Source: a virus. Taken from it: a DNA stretch of 44,466 nt. The position numbers and the translations under genes were made by a program. Position 1 is the stretch's first letter; each line of letters begins with the position of its first letter. Of this stretch, positions 26,964 to 34,197 are shown one piece after another. The notes beneath the pieces are model-generated. The model saw only the letters and a list, made by a program, of their open reading frames with translations, had not been told where the DNA came from and did not search any database. The stretch is from positions 1 to 44,466 of IMG/VR virus record IMGVR_UViG_3300020536_000001; one strand, given 5' to 3'.

Positions 26964-27504
26964 CGACAAGGGCCACATCCCCTACCGTGGCATCCTGTTC
27001 GTTGTCCTGCCCATCGCCATAGGGCTTGGATTCCTCATTTACACGATGAAGGATTCTCCCCGGCAAATCATTGACAAGCAACAATGCGTCATTGACTCCT
27101 TGGAGCATCGTGTGGCCCCTTTACAGACCCGTAGAGACACGATAAGGCAAGAGATTGTAAAGACCCAAATCAAATGGCGTGAGAGGCTCATAGAGGCTTA
27201 TGAAGAGCCTGAAACGATATGGGTGGAGGCGTATGTCCCTTTGATGCTTGACTCCTGCCAGGAGGTCGGCAAATTGCTTGCGATGCAAGTGGGGATTGGG
27301 GACTCTCTCCTTAGAACTTATGACTCCCTGCTGATCGCATACAAGGCCAAGGACTCGGTTTGCGTCAAGGCCATTGCCACGAAGGACAGTTTGGCTTTGG
27401 CCTATAAGGAAAAGTGGGCGCAAGAAAGAAAAAACGGGCGCATTTACAGAGTAAGTGCAATAATCGGTAGCGCATTGCTTGGCTCTACTTTGTTTAAGAA
27501 ATAA
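26953..27504 (+). CDS. Membrane-anchored coiled-coil protein, 183 aa (spanin-like position)
   Basis: N-terminal TM segment (ILFVVLPIAIGLGFLIY), a helical middle and a hydrophobic C-terminus. It is the last gene of the plus arm, after the lysis genes. Confidence 0.5.
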   Translation: MAVNDKGHIPYRGILFVVLPIAIGLGFLIYTMKDSPRQIIDKQQCVIDSLEHRVAPLQTRRDTIRQEIVKTQIKWRERLIEAYEEPETIWVEAYVPLMLDSCQEVGKLLAMQVGIGDSLLRTYDSLLIAYKAKDSVCVKAIATKDSLALAYKEKWAQERKNGRIYRVSAIIGSALLGSTLFKK

Positions 27505-27620
27505 TCCCTATATTTGTCACACCACTTTTAGGGTTGTGGTTTTCATTGGAATGCCCGTGAGTAGGCTTTAGGGTGCCGAAAGCGGGCTTTTTCCATTAAT
27601 AATGGATAAACCTTATGGCT

Positions 27621-27755
27621 TTAATCCATCCATTTGCCATCATTCATTAGATGCCAAAAGCGATGACGAATTACTTGTATGATAAGGTCAAGCAAGGAGT
27701 CTGCATAGTAAATACCTTCCTTGCAATGCAATTGAAATTTGTATTCTTTATTCAT
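27621..27755 (-). CDS. Possible small ORF, 44 aa
   Basis: Hand translation: MNKEYKFQLHCKEGIYYADSLLDLIIQVIRHRFWHLMNDGKWMD. Lies in the convergent gap and has no other support. Confidence 0.25.
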   Translation of the reverse strand: MNKEYKFQLHCKEGIYYADSLLDLIIQVIRHRFWHLMNDGKWMD

Positions 27756-27768
27756 ACAAAAGCATTAA

Positions 27769-28644
27769 TTAATAGAACCTATCGCAGGGAGTGAATGTGG
27801 CGAAGACCTGGAGTTCCGGCCCACGCCGATTCTTGCTCTTATCTCTATCCACTTCAAGCTTCATCCAATAGCCTCCCAAAGGCTTCGGGCCTCGGCCTCG
27901 CTCAACGTGAAAGCCCATGTACCCGTCTGCCCATTCTTCTTTGTACGTTGCCGTGCGCACTTGATGAATAGGTTTTTGAATGAGAGTTTTGGTTGACCGG
28001 TCATATCGGTGAATTATATTTTGGTGGTAATAAAGTTCGTGAACGTGGCCCTGCCAAGTGCAATCATATCCTTCCACCATAGCCAAAATCCGCTGATCTG
28101 AAATTACTCCCTTGGTAACAATTCCTCCGCCTGCACTCCCATGATAATAATGTGTTACGAAATTGCTGGTGTGCAAGTGGTCGTGATGCATCTTGAAATC
28201 AATAACGCCACCATACCCTCCTATCTCCACCTTGCTTCCGTAGGAATGATTGAGGATAGCGACAAAGCGTTGCAGGATGTCGGTCTCCTGGTGATGAATG
28301 ATGCTCGTTTCGTGGTTACCATAGCCCACCAAAAGGATGATGTCGGCATACGGCTTGAACCACTCCACCGCCGTGTCCACAATAGAGTCCAGGTACCGCC
28401 CATTGTTGTGTTCGGGGCGAATGTCCTCCTTGCTCCTGCGTGGATCGCCCTTGCCTTGCATTAAACAAAAAAAGTCACCATTGACGATGACTTTGACATT
28501 CCTTCTCTTTGCTTCTTCCAAATGGTTCTTCAACAGTTCCCGGTCGCACTTGGGGTTGTCCCAATGGAGGTCGGAGATGAGGAGAAACTCTTGCTCTCTA
28601 CCGCAGTCCACGGAGTGAACATTCTTGCTGTGTTTCGTTATCAT
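27769..28644 (-). CDS. Calcineurin-like metallophosphoesterase, 291 aa
   Basis: Motifs LISDLHWD, NGDFF, GNHE and GHVHE, in that order. Confidence 0.85.
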   Translation of the reverse strand: MITKHSKNVHSVDCGREQEFLLISDLHWDNPKCDRELLKNHLEEAKRRNVKVIVNGDFFCLMQGKGDPRRSKEDIRPEHNNGRYLDSIVDTAVEWFKPYADIILLVGYGNHETSIIHHQETDILQRFVAILNHSYGSKVEIGGYGGVIDFKMHHDHLHTSNFVTHYYHGSAGGGIVTKGVISDQRILAMVEGYDCTWQGHVHELYYHQNIIHRYDRSTKTLIQKPIHQVRTATYKEEWADGYMGFHVERGRGPKPLGGYWMKLEVDRDKSKNRRGPELQVFATFTPCDRFY

Positions 28645-28647
28645 AGG

Positions 28648-28863
28648 TTAGGTTAAGAGTGGGTCATCGTAAAGGTCATCCATTTCAATCTTGAAATCGG
28701 CTAAGACCGATTCAACTCGCTCCTGCATCTCTGGTTCATCGCTGAAGGTGTGGTGTTTAAGTTCGGCCAAGGCGAGGTACATCGCAGGGGCTTGGATGGC
28801 CTTCTTGTAATTGACCATATCCTGCTCGTTGTCTGTGTCAAACTCAATCGTTATTTTGGCCAT
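28648..28863 (-). CDS. Hypothetical acidic protein, 71 aa
   Basis: ORF with same-strand packing. Confidence 0.6.
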   Translation of the reverse strand: MAKITIEFDTDNEQDMVNYKKAIQAPAMYLALAELKHHTFSDEPEMQERVESVLADFKIEMDDLYDDPLLT

Positions 28864-29440
28864 TGTGTTTTTTTAAGAGGTAAACAACCGCTTCTTCAAA
28901 GGTTTCGGCCAAAGATAAAAGTTCATCCCTCACATAGAGAAACTCCTTTTTGTTAAATCGGAGGATAATCTTCTGAGCCTTAGCGTTGTCCTTCCGCTCC
29001 TCTTCCTCTTCCAACTCTTTCTCAATCTCTTCGGGCATCTGCCAGACATCTATACCGCAATCGGCCAGGAGTTGAGCATCCCACTCATTTGCCAAGGCAT
29101 CGTAATCGTAATCCCCAAAGGCCGAGTTGTCCTTCAGGGCGATGGCCTTTAGTTTCTCCAAAGGCGTGTCTGCGGAGAGAACCTTGCAGGGTGCCGAATC
29201 GTAATTCAGCTCCTTCAAGGCTTTGAGCCTCATATTGCCCCCAATGACCACAAATGTTTCCTCCAAAGGAAACACGATAAGCTCCCGAAGCTTGAGCATC
29301 TCTGGGTCATCCTTGAGGCTTTGGACGAGCTTGTGGAAGCGGTCATCCCGGATGAGCCTTGGATTCTTAGGAAGCCCCTCTATCTGCCCGACATTGTTGC
29401 GGAGCTTATAGAGTTTGATTTCTTTGGTTTCGCTGAGCAT
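28844..29440 (-). CDS. ParB N-terminal (ParB/Srx nuclease-like) domain protein, 198 aa
   Basis: GLPKNPRLIRDDRFHKLVQSLKDDPEMLKLRELIVFP...VVIGGNMRLKALKEL. Start taken at MLSETKEIK, 1 nt after the upstream stop. Confidence 0.7.
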   Translation of the reverse strand: MLSETKEIKLYKLRNNVGQIEGLPKNPRLIRDDRFHKLVQSLKDDPEMLKLRELIVFPLEETFVVIGGNMRLKALKELNYDSAPCKVLSADTPLEKLKAIALKDNSAFGDYDYDALANEWDAQLLADCGIDVWQMPEEIEKELEEEEERKDNAKAQKIILRFNKKEFLYVRDELLSLAETFEEAVVYLLKKHNGQNND

Positions 29441-29441
29441 C

Positions 29442-29711
29442 TTACGGCAGATCAATCTCTCCAAAGAACGGCCTCTTGTCTGCGCTCTTGGATCCCTTAC
29501 AAGACCACAACGCCCTTGCGAACCAATTCGGAGAATGCGTCTCCGTTTTGATACCGGCAGAACGAGAGCAATAGTTGTCCCCCTTCGGAGTGCCGGGAGC
29601 AATCGTATAACCCGATGCCCCGAATTGCACGGTCTTGCCATCCTTGGTGGCCGTGTATTTCTTTCCTTTTGCGGATGACTTGGTTATCATCCATCCTCTG
29701 AACTCTGGCAT
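29442..29711 (-). CDS. Small conserved phage protein, 89 aa (DUF5872-like by memory)
   Basis: KKYTATKDGKTVQFGASGYTIAPGTPKGDNYCSRSAGI...SPNWFARALWSCKG. Confidence 0.6.
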   Translation of the reverse strand: MPEFRGWMITKSSAKGKKYTATKDGKTVQFGASGYTIAPGTPKGDNYCSRSAGIKTETHSPNWFARALWSCKGSKSADKRPFFGEIDLP

Positions 29712-29716
29712 AGCGT

Positions 29717-30190
29717 TTATTTTAAGCGTTTGATAATCATATCGTGCGGAGCAGGAGGAACGCCACCAAAGTACGCAGGAAGCGTGTAGGTGATGAGCGG
29801 TATGCGAACCTTGAAGGTTGTGGACACATCGTTAATCCATACCGAAGCGTTGTTGCCTTGGTTGGATATTAAGCACCTGACCTTCTGCCCGAACTGAACC
29901 TGGCAGAGGTAGCGTATCTCCCGAACGCCATTCACATACGAGGTGGCGTACATCTTGATATATTGCCCTTGCTCGTGGGGCATCCAACATACCCTTACCG
30001 AATTTCGCTTGTGGTAGGGAAATCCAGACACGCCCCAAAGTTTGTTGATGCCATAGCCCTCCAATCCTGTTTGCTTGTAAAGGCAAGACTCCGTGAACTC
30101 GTATTCCCTCCGCCATACCGTGCCTATTGTTGGGAGCATCGGGTCGTTCTCGGCCCAATTCTTTCCTTCCTTGATGACTATTCGTTTCAT
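29717..30190 (-). CDS. Hypothetical protein, 157 aa
   Basis: ORF with same-strand packing; no motif recognised. Confidence 0.65.
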   Translation of the reverse strand: MKRIVIKEGKNWAENDPMLPTIGTVWRREYEFTESCLYKQTGLEGYGINKLWGVSGFPYHKRNSVRVCWMPHEQGQYIKMYATSYVNGVREIRYLCQVQFGQKVRCLISNQGNNASVWINDVSTTFKVRIPLITYTLPAYFGGVPPAPHDMIIKRLK

Positions 30191-30207
30191 AGGCTCAAAA
30201 TTAGTGG

Positions 30208-30612
30208 TTATTCGGTGAAATAGCTGTCTATGATGGCCTTGGCCGAATCAAAGGAGTTGGCCGTGCAAGCGAGATAGCCCTTCCGCAAAAGCCTCTGAAT
30301 CATCTCCCATTGCTCGGCAAAATGTTCCGTTGCTGGTTGGCCATTCTTCTTGAAGAACCGCACTCCTGGCCGCTTCAGCTCAATGAACAAGCCGTGATAC
30401 CCTTTCCTTGGCTCAAAGATGAGCAGGTCTGGTATCGCTCTTGACGAGCGGAGTTTAGCGGTTTTCACGGCAAGGCCCATTGGCAATCGTATGCCCGATA
30501 AGTCAGAAGTGAATATCGCTTGTGGGTAATTGAGTCGGATGTAAAGGCATAGGCTCTTTTGGAGGTCGTATTCGGATTGTACGGGAACCTTTGGGCTTGG
30601 GCATTTCTTCAT
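30208..30612 (-). CDS. VRR-NUC domain nuclease, 134 aa
   Basis: SRAIPDLLIFEPRKGYHGLFIELKRPG (PD-(D/E)xK-type VRR-NUC core). Confidence 0.75.
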   Translation of the reverse strand: MKKCPSPKVPVQSEYDLQKSLCLYIRLNYPQAIFTSDLSGIRLPMGLAVKTAKLRSSRAIPDLLIFEPRKGYHGLFIELKRPGVRFFKKNGQPATEHFAEQWEMIQRLLRKGYLACTANSFDSAKAIIDSYFTE

Positions 30613-30618
30613 TCTTTG

Positions 30619-30873
30619 TTAGGTCGTTGTCGTTGTGTATCGTTTGCCAAATACATTCCTCACCCGGTGAGAGAAAGGCTTAGAGCCTTTCTTCTCGTCC
30701 GAGATGATTAGAGCGATAACAAACACGAGCGACACGAACACGAAGATGAAGCCGAATGTTATCCAAAGCGGAGCGAAGCACCACATCCAGGTCAGCCCCG
30801 AACTTGGCAACAACAACTTCACAACGCACAACACCGCTGAGAGCAATGTCGGCCATTTTGCAAATACCCCCAT
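30619..30873 (-). CDS. Membrane protein, 84 aa
   Basis: Two or three hydrophobic helices. TAATG overlap with the upstream gene. Confidence 0.6.
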   Translation of the reverse strand: MGVFAKWPTLLSAVLCVVKLLLPSSGLTWMWCFAPLWITFGFIFVFVSLVFVIALIISDEKKGSKPFSHRVRNVFGKRYTTTTT

Positions 30874-31148
30874 TAGAACGGCATATCGTCTTTAGGGGCA
30901 GGAGCAGCCGCTTGAGCCGAATTGGGCTTCCAGGTATTCAACTCGGCATTGTGGGTGCCATACTTGTCGGCTTCACGCTTCGGCCAACAGGCGATACGGA
31001 CATAGCCCTTTTCGTCCCGATGCTCTTGGAGGAAGGCGATGAATTGGTCCACATTGCAAGACATCTCAAACAACTCCTTCCCGGAGATGATTTTCTTGTT
31101 AATGTAAATCCCCTTTGCGTACACTTTTTGATTTGATTGGTTTGACAT
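30873..31148 (-). CDS. Small ssDNA-binding-like protein with an SSB-type acidic tip, 91 aa
   Basis: C-terminus AQAAAPAPKDDMPF resembles the bacterial SSB tail (..DDDIPF). Sits in the replication module. Confidence 0.5.
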   Translation of the reverse strand: MSNQSNQKVYAKGIYINKKIISGKELFEMSCNVDQFIAFLQEHRDEKGYVRIACWPKREADKYGTHNAELNTWKPNSAQAAAPAPKDDMPF

Positions 31149-31425
31149 TTTTTACGATTTTATGGTGTGGTTTTTGTTTGCGGTACCCTCTTTCTTCAAC
31201 TCGTCTATACCTATGGGAGTACCATTCAGAGGCAGAGACCGTGTAATTCTTGGGATGCGAATACGCATCATAGCCCTCCTGATAAGCACTCACGAGGTGC
31301 TTGGTTTCAGTTTCCTTCATCTTCATCACTCGCTTGACAATGTCTTGCTTAACGACCAAAGGGGGCAGCGTGGATAGCCAATCCAACAATAGCTCTATCG
31401 GGGTTGATTTTCTTCGGAATCTCAT
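31099..31425 (-). CDS. Hypothetical basic protein, 108 aa
   Basis: ATGA overlap with the upstream gene; its 3' end overlaps the next gene by 50 nt. Confidence 0.5.
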   Translation of the reverse strand: MRFRRKSTPIELLLDWLSTLPPLVVKQDIVKRVMKMKETETKHLVSAYQEGYDAYSHPKNYTVSASEWYSHRYRRVEERGYRKQKPHHKIVKNVKPIKSKSVRKGDLH

Positions 31426-31943
31426 TCTATGGAAGTCACTTTGATAACGACAGCCGACTCACACTCATCCATATCCAACATCGGTTTTATTCTGTCTTGC
31501 AACATTTGGTTCGCTATTTGAGCGGTTTCCCAAGGGCCGAAATACATCTCAGGGCCGAAATACATCTCTGGCTCGGCCTTGAATTTCAGCAAGACAACAT
31601 ACTTGCTTTGGTCTTTTTTTATCCTGACGGACTGTTGGTCTTCAATCGCCTGGGTGATGGCTTTAACATCGGTTTTCGTGCCTCGGTAATCGGTCATAAT
31701 ATCCCTCTCAACCGCCCGAATTGAATGGATGATGGTGGAATGGTCTTGGTTGAAGTATTGCCTTCCAATCGCAAGCTTGGGGATGTTGGTGTACTTGCGA
31801 ATCATATAGCAGGCCACTTGCCTTGCGTGAACGACATCCCACAAACGGGTTTTGCTGAACAACTTGTCCTTGTGGATTCCGTAGTAATCCGATACAATGC
31901 CGATAATGTCTTCGGCCATTGTGTGTTCAATCTTTCCTATCAT
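31422..31943 (-). CDS. DnaA C-terminal (domain IV)-like DNA-binding protein, 173 aa
   Basis: LFSKTRLWDVVHARQVACYMIRKYTNIPKLAIGRQYFNQDHSTIIHSIRAVE matches the DnaA domain IV signature (..R.iAMYL...T..sl..IG..f.rDHSTv.h....). No AAA+ domain is present. Confidence 0.7.
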   Translation of the reverse strand: MIGKIEHTMAEDIIGIVSDYYGIHKDKLFSKTRLWDVVHARQVACYMIRKYTNIPKLAIGRQYFNQDHSTIIHSIRAVERDIMTDYRGTKTDVKAITQAIEDQQSVRIKKDQSKYVVLLKFKAEPEMYFGPEMYFGPWETAQIANQMLQDRIKPMLDMDECESAVVIKVTSIE

Positions 31944-32098
31944 TTGTTCTTGGGTTTTTTGTTGTCGGTGTTTTTTGCGATGACATCAACGAGAGAACCA
32001 CAATAGGGGCAATACGGACCGCCCTTGATGTCTATTTGTGCCTGGGTCACATCGTGTTGTATCAGGCCGTGCTTGTCGCACTTTCCAACGTATTTCAT
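31940..32098 (-). CDS. Small zinc-ribbon-like protein, 52 aa
   Basis: Hand translation: MKYVGKCDKHGLIQHDVTQAQIDIKGGPYCPYCGSLVDVIAKNTDNKKPKNK. ATGA overlaps at both ends. Confidence 0.5.
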   Translation of the reverse strand: MKYVGKCDKHGLIQHDVTQAQIDIKGGPYCPYCGSLVDVIAKNTDNKKPKNK

Positions 32099-34197
32099 AG
32101 TTCCTTCATTAAGTTCTCAACATACTGAATGCGTTGGCCTATCCATCGCATAACAGGCACCGCCATTGAGTTACCGCAAGCCTTGTATCTTGGCCCATCG
32201 GGACATTGGTCGGCTTCCTTGTTGCGATATGGAATCTTCGTCCAATCATCGGGGAATCCCTGCAAGCGTTCGCACTCCTTCGGGGTCAGCCTTCGGATGG
32301 CCATTGAGTGTAACACGGCATTCATATTCGTTCCGTGCTGTTCCCTTACCACTCCAAACTTATCGCCAGTTGTTTTTTGATTGTAAACATCCACGGCAAT
32401 ACAAGGCCCACTCATTTTAGCCAAGTCGGTTTTAAGTGTTTGAGCGATGCCTTGGTCAACTTGTGCAGTACGCCAGTCCACGGCTATCGGTTGCAACACG
32501 GCTCCAATATGCTCTGTATCGGATTGTGATCGGATGGTTTGCGTGGTATGGTCGTTTGTGGTGTAATTGTAGGTGTCCACGGCTATCGGTTGGGCAACTC
32601 CTTGAGTGGCTTTTGTGTCAACGGTATAAGATGTTCCGTCATCGTTCCATCCACGACCATTTTGAGCCTTTTCAATCGGCCTAACATCTTGAATGGCTAT
32701 CGGTTGGGCAACTGCGTGTGGCCCTTTCGCAACCAACGATGACATCGTTTCTCCTTCCTCAATCCTCGGCTCGTATTGTGCGTTCTCTCCTTGATTGAAT
32801 GCTGCTCGGTCAATGATTAGTGGCGCACCTTGGTCTGCTTCAGGTCTTGCTCCTTTGTAATCCCTTGCACATAAAGCATTACTTACTCTCGGAGTGCTTG
32901 GGTTTCTAACGCTTCCTTCAACATTGGAGGCAACTTCTTCCCTCTTTTTTCTGCTCGGTTTAGTATTCCCTTGCAGGCTTTCGGACTCAAATAGAACCGC
33001 TGCGGCAACTCTCCAATCTCCAAGGTATCCGAAAGTAGCGTCTCTATTGTTGGCTTGTTTAATGATATTAGTGATCTCGCAAATCCCCCCCATTTCGCTA
33101 AATATGTCTCTACTTGTTTGTCTCGCATAATTCGTAAGATTTTGTGATAGGGTTAAAAAAGATGATGTTGCGCTTAACGAGTTCGGGGACGATCCGCTCA
33201 AACGAAGAATGAGCCTTCCGATGACTTCCCCTATCCGGAAAAACATAGAGATTTTCGGCTGAATTGTTTCCTTTGTCAAAGTCAATGTGGTGTACAATTT
33301 CATCAGATCGTAAAGGTCTTCCAATGACTTGTTCAACGACTCTTCTGTGAGTATATACTGGCCTTCCGTTGATGAACCCATCAATAGGTCTTCCAGAGTG
33401 ATTTCCTTTTCTGTCTTTGCGCCATTTGGCAAGTCCCAATATTTTTGAACGGGAACTGACTTCTGAAATACCTCTATCAAGAGTTGCCGCCACATCTCGT
33501 AGGAACAATTTTCCGTGAGAATCCCGAACAAACGCATCCTCCTCTGGACTCCATCTCTTGAGAGGCTTGCTTGATCCAAGTTTTTTGGCTCTTGCCCTAA
33601 CAGACATAACGCATCTATCCAAATGGCGTGCAATATCTCTGTGAGACATTGAGCTATAGTTAGCCCTGATAAAGTTGTCTTCTGATTCAGTATAGAATCT
33701 ACGCTTTGTCCACATACGAATACTCTCCTTCTTCTTTGTGCTACTCCAAAAAATTGTGCATCTAAAATTTCAACATCGCAAATATACCCCAACTCTTCCA
33801 AAGAATCAAGAAAGCAAGCAAAATCCCTTCCTCCGTTACTTGACAACACGCCGGGGACATTTTCCCAGACAATCCATTTGGGCTTTTTTGCGTCAGCCAA
33901 TGCGAGAAATGTGAGCATGAGGTTTCCTCGTGGGTCAGCAAGTCCTTTGCGAAGTCCTGCGACTGAGAAGGATTGGCAGGGGGTTCCTCCGACCAGAAGG
34001 TCAATTGATCGTTCATTGAATGTTGGGTTTTGGGTTAGTTGAGTCATATCCCCAAGGTTGGGAACATCGGGAAAGCGGTGTTTCAATACCTCGGAAGGGA
34101 ATTGCTCAATCTCTGAGAACCATTGCGGTTCCCATCCAAGGTTATGCCAAGCGACTGAGGCTGCCTCAATGCCTGAACAAACGGATCCGTATTTCAT
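32095..34197 (-). CDS. DNA (cytosine-5) methyltransferase, 700 aa as read, carrying a ~227-codon insert after motif VIII
   Basis: Motif I CSGIEAAS, motif IV GGTPCQSFS, motif VI WENVPGV, motif VIII QRRRRVFV. C-terminal RRLTPKECERLQGFPDDW and CGNSMAVPV. Confidence 0.85.
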   Translation of the reverse strand: MKYGSVCSGIEAASVAWHNLGWEPQWFSEIEQFPSEVLKHRFPDVPNLGDMTQLTQNPTFNERSIDLLVGGTPCQSFSVAGLRKGLADPRGNLMLTFLALADAKKPKWIVWENVPGVLSSNGGRDFACFLDSLEELGYICDVEILDAQFFGVAQRRRRVFVCGQSVDSILNQKTTLSGLTIAQCLTEILHAIWIDALCLLGQEPKNLDQASLSRDGVQRRMRLFGILTENCSYEMWRQLLIEVFQKSVPVQKYWDLPNGAKTEKEITLEDLLMGSSTEGQYILTEESLNKSLEDLYDLMKLYTTLTLTKETIQPKISMFFRIGEVIGRLILRLSGSSPNSLSATSSFLTLSQNLTNYARQTSRDIFSEMGGICEITNIIKQANNRDATFGYLGDWRVAAAVLFESESLQGNTKPSRKKREEVASNVEGSVRNPSTPRVSNALCARDYKGARPEADQGAPLIIDRAAFNQGENAQYEPRIEEGETMSSLVAKGPHAVAQPIAIQDVRPIEKAQNGRGWNDDGTSYTVDTKATQGVAQPIAVDTYNYTTNDHTTQTIRSQSDTEHIGAVLQPIAVDWRTAQVDQGIAQTLKTDLAKMSGPCIAVDVYNQKTTGDKFGVVREQHGTNMNAVLHSMAIRRLTPKECERLQGFPDDWTKIPYRNKEADQCPDGPRYKACGNSMAVPVMRWIGQRIQYVENLMKEL
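33110..33715 (-). mobile_element. HNH homing-endonuclease ORF (201 aa) nested in a different frame inside the methyltransferase ORF
   Basis: Two Myb/SANT-like repeats (FYTESEDNFIR..., WSPEEDAFVR...) followed by EIVHHIDFDKGNNSAENLYVF...HRKAH (HNH_3-like). GC is lower than in the flanks. Confidence 0.75.

Noticed and set aside
26481-26978. 165-aa minus-strand ORF after the endolysin
   Set aside because: It lies antisense to three compact plus-strand ORFs that have a promoter-like box and recognisable features (a basic DUF6496-like protein and an RHH protein). Accepting it would break the strand-consistent late operon.
27505-27620. Bidirectional terminator in the convergent gap between the two arms
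   Set aside because: I could draw only weak hairpins: ACCAC/GTGGT at 27521..27540, and GCCCG...CGGGC followed by TTTTT at 27553..27592. A terminator is plausible here, but the sequence does not support a confident call.
28844-29641. Longer 265-aa version of the ParB-like gene
   Set aside because: The N-terminal extension is Arg-rich wrong-frame sequence that fully overlaps the conserved-looking 89-aa gene (29442..29711). The ATG at 29440 lies 1 nt after that gene's stop.
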